Source of the DNA: a virus
Taxonomy: Duplodnaviria; Caudoviricetes
Length of the DNA: 37,448 nucleotides
Virus record (IMG/VR): IMGVR_UViG_3300016672_000183
Span: 1 to 37,448 of that record
Strand: one strand, 5' to 3'
Part shown: one piece after another, positions 1 through 8,042 of the stretch
Numbering within the stretch: position 1 is the first letter of the stretch
How the letters are laid out: every line of letters begins with the position of its first letter
Notes under the pieces: model-generated
Databases searched by the model: none
What the model saw: the letters and a program-made list of their open reading frames with translations, nothing else
What the model was told of the DNA's origin: nothing
Program-made: the position numbers and the translations under genes

Positions 1-1560
1 TCAAGATTTGCTCGCCTTCAGCCTCAACCGCCAAGACGCCGGTGTCATTGCCACCACCGCCTTGGTCGACTTGTTCAGCACTGCCAGGCCCTGGGCCCCG
101 ATATTCACGACCAACTGAGTCGATGTCTTCTCAATGTTGAACCCAAAGTTGTTGGCTCCACTGACGAGACACTGGCTTGCGCCCATATCAATTACAGCCC
201 CTACCGAGTAACCAGCATCTGCCGTGGTGCATTCAGCCTCCATCGATGTTTTCGCTGGGACGGTCACAAGGCCATGCGTAAGAGTGATGGGTGTACCGAT
301 AGCCCAGGTTTGGTTGGTCGAGACGTACCCAAACGCCAATGCCGAGTAAGCATCGGAAAGTGTTTGATAGTCAGTTGGGCCAACTGGGGTGATAACGCCA
401 AATACTCGCGTCATCCATGCGCCAGTAACGTGGACTGGTGCGGTTTGCGTGCCAGTTCGCGCGGTGACGGATGGATCAATGGTTACGATTTTGCCGGTTG
501 TGGAATCCGCCGCAGCCGCGTTCTTTAGGTTGCCCGGGGTAGTTACGCTCACTGCACCGAGGTCAGTGCCTTCCGAGGCCTTCATAGGAATAATGATGGA
601 TGCCGTCCAGGCCTGCATTTTGTCGACAACAAGCGTTGGCGACCCGGCATTACCACCGCGCTGGAATGCACCGCCGGCTACCAATGAACCAGCCGACACC
701 CCGTTCAGATCGCGCATGCGGAACTTGCCAGTGCTGGATGTAGCCACGAAGCACCCGCGCGCGGATGGCGTGGACTGCCAAACCGCTTCGGTCACGACAG
801 GCAACAAGGCCGCGTCGAGCAGCGCGACAAACTCGGGATACAGTGCCCGGTCATATTCGCCGCCGTCATCCAGCAAGCACCCAAGAAATGGACGGGAGCG
901 GTAACCCCAGAAGCTCATGCCGATTTGAAGGCCGGCGTTTGCAGCGCTTTGGGCAGATGCAGATGCGGCGGCAGCGGAAGCCACGGCTGTGTTCTTTGCC
1001 GTGGTAGCCAACCCCTCAGAAACCCCGGCGGCCAGGGCTGACGCTGCTGCCGCTGATGCTGATTCAAGCGCCAGTGCAGGTTGCTGCTCGAGCTGCGCAA
1101 GGGTCAGGCTTGAGGTGGTCGGTTCGCCATTAGAGTCAAACGCCAGCATCTTCAAGGCCCGCACCGCCTTCACGGGTAGCGGCGGAATGTCTTCTGGCTC
1201 CAGCAAGCTGACGGTGAGTGCCCTGCTGCTGTCGCGGCTAAGCTGCTTGATTGCCAGCCACAGTCGATCAAAGTCCCGGTTAACAGTCTGGGCAAGAAAG
1301 TCGCCATTGATCTGGTAGTCAGCAAGTCGCTGGAAAGGAACAACTTGCAGGAAAAGCAAGTCGCCTGTCGGAGCTACTGAGAATGTGCACGAACTGGTCG
1401 GATTGCCGACCCCGGACAAAGTGAACCCAGTTGTCACCGGAACACCGTTCAGGGTGATCTGTAGATCGGCCGCATCCAGCAGCAGGAATGGGATGGCGTA
1501 CACAGTGGCCACGCCGTTGGCTGCGTAGCGTTTGAACGTTGGTCCGGGTTGAACTGACAT
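1..1560 (-). CDS. Tail fibre protein (T7 gp17-like N-terminal adaptor, Ala-rich linker, collar-like domain)
   Basis: N-term YAANGVATVYAIPF...RLADYQINGDF...NRDFDRLWLAIKQL is typical of podovirus fibre adaptors; LDDGGEYDRALYPEF...GKFRMRDL is collar-like. Confidence 0.85.
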   Translation of the reverse strand: MSVQPGPTFKRYAANGVATVYAIPFLLLDAADLQITLNGVPVTTGFTLSGVGNPTSSCTFSVAPTGDLLFLQVVPFQRLADYQINGDFLAQTVNRDFDRLWLAIKQLSRDSSRALTVSLLEPEDIPPLPVKAVRALKMLAFDSNGEPTTSSLTLAQLEQQPALALESASAAAASALAAGVSEGLATTAKNTAVASAAAASASAQSAANAGLQIGMSFWGYRSRPFLGCLLDDGGEYDRALYPEFVALLDAALLPVVTEAVWQSTPSARGCFVATSSTGKFRMRDLNGVSAGSLVAGGAFQRGGNAGSPTLVVDKMQAWTASIIIPMKASEGTDLGAVSVTTPGNLKNAAAADSTTGKIVTIDPSVTARTGTQTAPVHVTGAWMTRVFGVITPVGPTDYQTLSDAYSALAFGYVSTNQTWAIGTPITLTHGLVTVPAKTSMEAECTTADAGYSVGAVIDMGASQCLVSGANNFGFNIEKTSTQLVVNIGAQGLAVLNKSTKAVVAMTPASWRLRLKASKS

Positions 1561-1583
1561 GATTGGCCCCTGGTGGTGGCGGG

Positions 1584-3206
1584 CTAGTAGTCGACCTGCA
1601 CTTCATGCACGCCCGCATCTGGACGCCAATTGTCACGACGAGCCTCTGTCGGTTTCCCGACTATCCGGCCAATGCGGACTGGGGTCTGGGCGATACCGCC
1701 GGCACCGGAGTCGATGTAGTCGTCTTCTTGGTTGGTCAATGCTGGGTTGAAGTCGCGCATCTGGTCCCAGATGATTTTCAGTACCTCGACATGAGCCCAC
1801 AGAAAGCGCGCCGATAGCGGCGATTCAAAGGCATCGAGGATCCGCTTTTGCTTGTTGGTGCTGGAATGCTCTTCCCCCACCCCACAGCCGGTGCCCTTCA
1901 GCGCTTGCTTGAGGATCGACGGCGCGAACCCGCCCGGGCCGTTGGTCTCGATGATCACACGGGGGATCTGGTGCTTGATCACCAGTTCACGGATCTGATG
2001 GACCTGGCCGCCGATAATCTTGTCTTTGCTGTCGAACTCGGCGATTTCACCGGTGAGTCCTACTGCCAGGTGCCAATAGAGCTGCCCGCGCGCGTCGGTG
2101 AGGATCAGCGAGAAGGCTGATGCGTCCGACCTGATCTTGCCCAGCGAGCAGTCCCAGTAAGCCACGGCGCCGACTATCTGCGTTGATCCCAGGTACATGG
2201 CGGCCGCATTGTTGGCGTAGCGCATGACTGGCTGAACGTCGTACGGGATGATGCGCGCAGGGTCCAAGCGAACCTCCGTGACGGGCTTCGAGTGGAGCTG
2301 ATACTGCGAGTCCCATTCGTTGATGGTGCGGGTTTCACGGCGCCGCGTCTCCAGGGTGGCCATGTCGAAGCGTTCAGGCCAGGCGCTGCCGGCGTAGCAG
2401 TCCACCAGGGTGCCGGGCGGCGTAAAGAAGGCGATGCCGGTTTTTGTGGCCTGGTAGTCCTTGCCCAGTACCAGCACGCGGGCATGCTTGCCGATCCCGG
2501 AGAACACCACGTCGGGCACGAACGGCACGTCATAGGCGTTCTGCTTGGCGTCCTCTATCCGGTGTTCCTGGGCGAACATGCGAATGGTGAGGCAGTCGGC
2601 TCCCATGCTTTCGAGTTCGTCATACAGGCTGTCGTGGGTGTGCGGCGTGCCGATATAGAGCTTGCTGCCACCCGGCACCAGGATGTGCGTCTGCTCGCCC
2701 AGGCGGTAGCGCAGCTTCTCCCGCGCCTCTGGGGTCTGAATGTTACGCGGAACCTCCACGTCATCGTTCTGGCACTCGTCCGCACGGGCTGACGTGACGT
2801 TCGACAGAATGCCCTTGGCGAACATGCTGGCGTTACGGAAGTCGGAAGCACCTTCAACCCACCACTGTTCCACTGTGCCCTGGTTGGGCGGCAGCAGATG
2901 GCGAGTCAGCGGGTGATTGCGGATAACGTTTTGCGTGTCGCGGCTGGTCTTGTAGGCCGTGGGGTCAGACTCGGACTGGTGCAGGATTCGATAGGTCGGG
3001 TCCTTGTAGTACAGCCAGGCGTTATAGATCGCCAGCAGCGTCGACTTACCGAAGCCCCGGAAACAACGCAAAACGGCCAGAGACCCTTTAGCCTCCAGCC
3101 ATATAAGCGCTTGGACGTGGATAAACGGCACATCCCAACGCATGCGCCGCGCCCACAGCATGAAGAAAACCAGCAGGCTGACTTTCTTCTCGGGGTCAGT
3201 GGACAT
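1584..3206 (-). CDS. terL: Terminase large subunit
   Basis: Walker A-like CFRGFGKST, Walker B-like RADECQNDDVE, YIGTPHT coupling motif, nuclease motifs YWDCSLG, IIETNG, EDDYIDS; start taken at MSTDPEKK (3206), overlapping the upstream ORF end. Confidence 0.9.
   Translation of the reverse strand: MSTDPEKKVSLLVFFMLWARRMRWDVPFIHVQALIWLEAKGSLAVLRCFRGFGKSTLLAIYNAWLYYKDPTYRILHQSESDPTAYKTSRDTQNVIRNHPLTRHLLPPNQGTVEQWWVEGASDFRNASMFAKGILSNVTSARADECQNDDVEVPRNIQTPEAREKLRYRLGEQTHILVPGGSKLYIGTPHTHDSLYDELESMGADCLTIRMFAQEHRIEDAKQNAYDVPFVPDVVFSGIGKHARVLVLGKDYQATKTGIAFFTPPGTLVDCYAGSAWPERFDMATLETRRRETRTINEWDSQYQLHSKPVTEVRLDPARIIPYDVQPVMRYANNAAAMYLGSTQIVGAVAYWDCSLGKIRSDASAFSLILTDARGQLYWHLAVGLTGEIAEFDSKDKIIGGQVHQIRELVIKHQIPRVIIETNGPGGFAPSILKQALKGTGCGVGEEHSSTNKQKRILDAFESPLSARFLWAHVEVLKIIWDQMRDFNPALTNQEDDYIDSGAGGIAQTPVRIGRIVGKPTEARRDNWRPDAGVHEVQVDY
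1629..1664 (-). promoter_or_regulatory. Putative late promoter A (inside terL 3' end, ahead of tail fibre)
   Basis: ATAGTCGG-GAAA-CCGAC (1648-1664), 13 nt spacer, GACAAT (1629-1634). Confidence 0.7.
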
Positions 3207-3531
3207 TCCCGGCCCGCTGCATCCGGTCGATGATGGCCTGGGCCTCTCGTTCGGCAGACGCCAGTTCGCCATCGAGCTCTTTTTCAGCGCTGTCGTCATC
3301 ACCAGGCTTTTGCTTGTTCAGGACGCCAGTGATGTTCACGACCTTGAGCAGCAGCGTCATGGTTGCGGCGGCGTTCTTTTTGCTCCAATAACGATCGCCT
3401 CGCTCCTGCTGGGTAAGTTCGGATGGATCCTTCTTGGCGCCGGGCCAGTTCGCCGGATCAACCTCATGGATGACGACCTCGCCGAGACTTTCGCTCAGGG
3501 CTTGCAGGCGGATAATCTGATCGTCGCGCAT
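3196..3531 (-). CDS. Putative terminase small subunit (111 aa, MRDDQIIRL...)
   Basis: Small helical ORF directly upstream of and overlapping terL; TAATG coupling to the 846-aa gene. Confidence 0.6.
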   Translation of the reverse strand: MRDDQIIRLQALSESLGEVVIHEVDPANWPGAKKDPSELTQQERGDRYWSKKNAAATMTLLLKVVNITGVLNKQKPGDDDSAEKELDGELASAEREAQAIIDRMQRAGNVH

Positions 3532-6071
3532 TATTTCGCTCCTACAGCAGCGCCAAGGTTCGGGGCGCGATCTGGTGTTGAATCGCCCGGCTCCCACCAG
3601 TACGACTGCTTGAACTCCTTGTGGGCGCGCTGTTTCATCCGGCGCAGGTAGCCGGGCGAGAAGTAGTCCTGAAGCTGGTTGAAGATCAGGTGATCGGTGG
3701 CGGCCTTGGTGTACCATAGGTTCGCCCCGGGCAAATGGCTCTTGGCCAGGCGCACCAGCTTGCCGCCGGTTTGGTTGACCTCACCGTCTGCGGCGTTGTC
3801 CTTCAGCTTGAACACCGCCTCAAGGTCGCCGGCAATCGGGCCGCCTAGGGCTGCAAGCGGCGAGCTCCCTCCCTGCGAGGTGTCGGAGAACAAGAAGTCA
3901 CCGTAAAGACCCATGGCGCCGCCCTTGAGGAACGCAGCGATGCCGAAGCGCAGGCCGGGAACGCCAAACTTCTTGTCGTCGGTAATGTCCTTGGGATCCC
4001 GGCCGGCGGCAATCTCGCCCAATTGAATGGCCATGCCGCCCAGCACGGTGGTTGACGCAACCAGCGCAGCGATATACCCGGCCTTGCCCCAGCCTTCCTG
4101 GGCCATGCCGCGCGCGCCGTGGCGCATGATCATGCCGATGGAAAAGCTCTTGAACTGCCAGAACGAGCGCGTCAGCTCGCCTTTCCATGTGCCCCGCTCA
4201 ATGCCGCCGTGCATCATGGCTTTCTCGCGGGAACCCGGCTCGATGATTGCCATATTGGTTTCATCCAGTACCGCCCCCAGCAGCTTGGTGGCGGCCTGAT
4301 CCTTGAGGCGCTGCGGGGTTGTCTTGAGCTGCTGCGCCAGTTGCACCAGGTCGGCGTCGGGGATGCGGTAGATGCTGTTCGCGGTCAGCACGGTGTCGCC
4401 CACGCCGCGCCAGTCTTCAGGCTGTGCCAGACGCCAGACAGACCAGTCTGTATCGGTGACGCCTTGGCCGGACAGGCGCTTGGCATCCGCTGGGTCCATG
4501 GCCGCGAGGGAATCATGCCGGCGGGTCATATCGCCGATGGTGTCCAGCATGGTGGCGCCGAACGCCCGTTGGCTGCCAGCGGTCAAGGCGTTGAGGCCGG
4601 ACGCCTGCATGACCTTGCTGGCAGCGGTCTGGGAAAACTTGGCAATGCGCCCCGCCACCTGCTCATTGGTGCCCAGTCCATCGGCACCGAAGCGGTTCAG
4701 GCTGCCGATCAGTTGGTTCAGGCCCAAGCCCGCGCGCTGTGCAATGCGGCGGTCGGCGGCGCTGGCTGGGTTGAGCATCCGCAGTTCGTTGGCGAATACC
4801 TTCATCACCGGCATACCGTTCATGGAGGCGGTAAGGCCCAGCGTTCCCTGGTCGGTGACCGAAGTCAGGACAGCGGAACCCAAGCGGCTGGCGACGTTCA
4901 GCGCACGGTACGTGTCGAAGCCATTGGCCAGGGCGGCGGACACCGGTGGTTCACGGGTACCCGCCACTTCCTCAAACAGATGCTCAATCTTGCGGCGCTG
5001 CTTGGCGGTTTTTACTGCGTCCGTTGGCCTGGCCATGTCGGTCGCTTTCTGCCCGGCGTCCAGGAAGTAGCGCATTTGGTTGCTGGGATTCGGCCCCAAG
5101 GATTCAACCAGCGCAATGTCCCGTGCCGCCCGATCAATGTGGCCGATCAACAGTTCCAGCAGGTTGCGGTCGCCGTAGGCCTTCTGGGCAGCAATGAAGC
5201 TCTCTGCATCCTTGTAGTGGATCTGCCGTGACTCGCTGCCACGGTTGGCGCGCATGCCGTTGCCGGCGGCCTGGCCCGGCTCCAGCTTGTTCGTGCCGCC
5301 GGTGGCCAGGGTGACCCAGGCGTGATTGAGAAAGTCGGTCAACTCCGCGTCATTCATCGGCGTGCCGTCTTCCTTGAGATACTTGCCGCGGTTCGCCCAC
5401 TGCACATGATCGGCGACCCACTTGGTCTGGTCTTTGGCTGCCTTCACCTGGGAATGATCGCGCGGCATGGACCAATCATCCAAGAAACCGACGTCGCCGC
5501 CGGCGCGGTTGAAGCGCTGGCGCAACTGTTCGGCGGTGTCCTTGAACTGCTTGGCGGCGGTCTTGGCCACTGCGCTGCCGGAGTCCTCACCGTGCAGCTC
5601 GCGCACTAGGGCAAGGTTCCCGGCTTCATCCTGGAACAAGCCCATGAACTTGCCCTTGGTCTGGTCGATCACGTCCAGCATGCGGCTGATAGAGTCGTCG
5701 CGGATCGCCCGAGTGGATGACTCAATCGACAGAATGCCGCTCTTGCCGTCACTGGAGAACGCCAACAACCGGTCAAGCCCTTCAAGGGGGTGATCGGGAA
5801 AACGCTTCATATAGCTGTCGATGCGGTCGTGGGCCAGGATGGTCAGCGCCACGCGCTTTTTCTTGAGGTCGGCTTCGGCCACCAGATCATTGGCGGACTT
5901 GGCGGCGGCTTCATTCAGTCGATCGGCAGCGGTCTTGGATTGCCAGGTGGTATCGGTCTGCGCCAGTTGCTTCATGTTGCGGCGCACGCGGTTCTCGATG
6001 CCCTGGATTTCCTGCTGGTTGAGGGGGCGGCCTATCGCCTGAGTGACGGCCTTGATGCATTCGGGGCGCAT
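3531..6071 (-). CDS. Internal virion / DNA ejection protein (846 aa)
   Basis: Large Ala/Gly-rich helical protein, last of the ejection cluster; C-terminal hydrophobic Gly-rich stretches as in podovirus ejection proteins. Confidence 0.65.
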   Translation of the reverse strand: MRPECIKAVTQAIGRPLNQQEIQGIENRVRRNMKQLAQTDTTWQSKTAADRLNEAAAKSANDLVAEADLKKKRVALTILAHDRIDSYMKRFPDHPLEGLDRLLAFSSDGKSGILSIESSTRAIRDDSISRMLDVIDQTKGKFMGLFQDEAGNLALVRELHGEDSGSAVAKTAAKQFKDTAEQLRQRFNRAGGDVGFLDDWSMPRDHSQVKAAKDQTKWVADHVQWANRGKYLKEDGTPMNDAELTDFLNHAWVTLATGGTNKLEPGQAAGNGMRANRGSESRQIHYKDAESFIAAQKAYGDRNLLELLIGHIDRAARDIALVESLGPNPSNQMRYFLDAGQKATDMARPTDAVKTAKQRRKIEHLFEEVAGTREPPVSAALANGFDTYRALNVASRLGSAVLTSVTDQGTLGLTASMNGMPVMKVFANELRMLNPASAADRRIAQRAGLGLNQLIGSLNRFGADGLGTNEQVAGRIAKFSQTAASKVMQASGLNALTAGSQRAFGATMLDTIGDMTRRHDSLAAMDPADAKRLSGQGVTDTDWSVWRLAQPEDWRGVGDTVLTANSIYRIPDADLVQLAQQLKTTPQRLKDQAATKLLGAVLDETNMAIIEPGSREKAMMHGGIERGTWKGELTRSFWQFKSFSIGMIMRHGARGMAQEGWGKAGYIAALVASTTVLGGMAIQLGEIAAGRDPKDITDDKKFGVPGLRFGIAAFLKGGAMGLYGDFLFSDTSQGGSSPLAALGGPIAGDLEAVFKLKDNAADGEVNQTGGKLVRLAKSHLPGANLWYTKAATDHLIFNQLQDYFSPGYLRRMKQRAHKEFKQSYWWEPGDSTPDRAPNLGAAVGAK

Positions 6072-6098
6072 GGGCTTGCTCCTGGTTGGATGGGAGCA

Positions 6099-6136
6099 AG
6101 CCTATGGGTCGGGGATAGACGGTTTCCCGACTATTT
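6099..6136 (-). promoter_or_regulatory. Putative late promoter B (ahead of 846-aa gene, terS, terL)
   Basis: AAATAGTCGG-GAAA-CCGtC (6118-6136), 13 nt spacer, TAGGCT (6099-6104). Confidence 0.7.
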
Positions 6137-8042
6137 AGAGACCGCGTTGCAGGAAGCAAGCGGCGGCGGCGGAAAATCCTTTGGCATCCTGCTGGGCCCT
6201 GGCGATATCAGCGTCAGCGCTGGCCAGCAGTTCGCGGGCCGACACGGTGATTGGGTTGCCGTCGGCATCCATGGCGCCAGTAGCAATACGCATATCCTCG
6301 ACGCGGGCCAGGATTTCGTCGGCGACCTGCACTACCGGGTCAGCAGTGCCAGACTCACCGGATGGCTTGGCAGCATCGGATGCGGGGGCCGGTTTATCTT
6401 GCGCAACAGGCTTCCCACCAGGTGGCGATTCACCTTTGGAGGCGGCTGCATCGGCCTTGGGCATCGCTTTCGGTTCTGGAATATCCAGCGCTTTGGGCTG
6501 CAGCGTCGGGTCGGCGCGCTCAATGTCGTCAAGGATGCGGGTGATTTCCTGGCGCGCGATCTGCGCCATGGTCAACTTGGTGTTGGCCTCGGCCACGCCG
6601 GCGGAAAGCGGGTTCTTTTCGAATCCCTTCACGATGGCGTCCGCGCGCTGAGTCAGCCGGTCGTTAAACCGCTGCGGAACTTCTCCACGATCAATGGCGT
6701 TCAGGTCCGCACGGGCCTGTTCGGCACTGCGGTTGCCGCCCAAGGCTTCATTGAGTGACGCTTGACGGTCGCTCAGATCAAGGCGTTCGGCGTCGATGGC
6801 CTTGCGTGCCGACTGCTCGGCCTGCTTACGGGTCTGCCCCTGCTGCTGGAAGTCCTTGGCCCGCGCTTTGAACGAATCGTCCAGCGCATCAAGCGACTGC
6901 TTGATTGTGCCCAGTTCTGCTTTTACATCCTTGACGTTGGGCAGAATCCCAGCGGCCTCCTGTTCCAGCTCGACGCGTAACTTCGGCTCCAGGTCCTGAC
7001 GGGCAGTGGCCAGGGCAACATCGCGCGAAGGGGCAACCACCGAGGAATCCTCGGTGGTTCGCAGGAACTGTGCCGAGTGGATGCTATCGGGCAGCACCGC
7101 CGGCTCACCACGCTGCAACTGGTTGATAACGGTTCGGATGGCGTCTTGGTGGGCCATGGCCGACCGGGGGTCAATGGGCGCGCCTGGTGCGGTGTCGATA
7201 TCGGCGTGTTGGTTGGTTCGTTCCGTGAGCGCGGCGTCGACCTGGGCGGTTGTCGGGCGGCGGAAGTTGACACGGCCAAGGCCGAAGAAGGCCAGGCCCA
7301 TGATCGCGTCAGTGGCGAGCGCGGTGCCGTCCATGACTTTGTACTGGGCAGCCTGGCTGTGATAGCCGTTGCTCTCCAGCAGCGCGGCGGTAGCGCCACG
7401 GCCCGCCATGCCCAGCCCGACGTTGGCGCCCACGGCGATTGAGAGGTCACCCAGCAGCGGCTTGACGAACTTGGCCGCCGGTAGCGCAACCCCAATGCCC
7501 ACGGTTGCCGCATCAATCAAACCTTTTTTGGTGGCGGTGGATTCGTCCAGGCCTTCGGCAACACCCACCTGCTTGCTCGAGAACCCTGCTGGTGCGCCAG
7601 CAGCAACGGCAGCCCCCACAGGCCCGGCAGCAAAAGCACCGGCCACGGTGCGCGGCAATACAGCGGCGGCCTCGCCCAGGATCTGGCCGACCATGCCAAC
7701 CTCTGACGGGTCGGGCCGAAGATCCATCACCGACTTGGCAGTTGCCTCGCCGATGTCGCGGGCCTGGGTTTCCCGGAACTGCTGCTGATCGGCCAACTGC
7801 CCGTCATCTGGCGCGTAGGAAGAACCGATAGCCAGGTCGGATTCAACGGCCAGGCTGCCAAGCTGCAACGCCGTAGACTGGATGGTGCGCCCGCCCTCGA
7901 TGGCGCCGCGCAACAGGTTGGGCCCGATCACGCCGAGCGCACCGGTGAACGCACCAGGTGCCAACTTATCGGCCGTGCGGCCAAGGCGTTGGTCCTGGCT
8001 GCGTGCCTCGTTGTCCTCGATCATCCCGTCTAGCCAGCTCAT
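6135..8042 (-). CDS. Internal virion / ejection protein (635 aa)
   Basis: Ala/Gly-rich hydrophobic N-half and coiled-coil C-half; position after tail tube genes. Confidence 0.6.
   Translation of the reverse strand: MSWLDGMIEDNEARSQDQRLGRTADKLAPGAFTGALGVIGPNLLRGAIEGGRTIQSTALQLGSLAVESDLAIGSSYAPDDGQLADQQQFRETQARDIGEATAKSVMDLRPDPSEVGMVGQILGEAAAVLPRTVAGAFAAGPVGAAVAAGAPAGFSSKQVGVAEGLDESTATKKGLIDAATVGIGVALPAAKFVKPLLGDLSIAVGANVGLGMAGRGATAALLESNGYHSQAAQYKVMDGTALATDAIMGLAFFGLGRVNFRRPTTAQVDAALTERTNQHADIDTAPGAPIDPRSAMAHQDAIRTVINQLQRGEPAVLPDSIHSAQFLRTTEDSSVVAPSRDVALATARQDLEPKLRVELEQEAAGILPNVKDVKAELGTIKQSLDALDDSFKARAKDFQQQGQTRKQAEQSARKAIDAERLDLSDRQASLNEALGGNRSAEQARADLNAIDRGEVPQRFNDRLTQRADAIVKGFEKNPLSAGVAEANTKLTMAQIARQEITRILDDIERADPTLQPKALDIPEPKAMPKADAAASKGESPPGGKPVAQDKPAPASDAAKPSGESGTADPVVQVADEILARVEDMRIATGAMDADGNPITVSARELLASADADIARAQQDAKGFSAAAACFLQRGL

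Noticed and set aside
1397-1410. GTCGG-ATTG-CCGAC inside the tail fibre gene, matching the late dyad core
   Set aside because: Lacks the flanking ATA, is not upstream of a gene start, and is likely chance in GC-rich DNA
1-1560. Diversity-generating retroelement or invertible tail-fibre system, given BPP-1-like head genes
   Set aside because: No reverse transcriptase, TR/VR repeat or invertase in the window; sequence beyond position 1 is not visible
3207-3302. N-terminal extensions given by the ORF track for terL (and for terS, tube A, GNAT, rusA, capsid, Gp49)
   Set aside because: They overlap upstream genes; downstream starts have SDs or stop/start coupling
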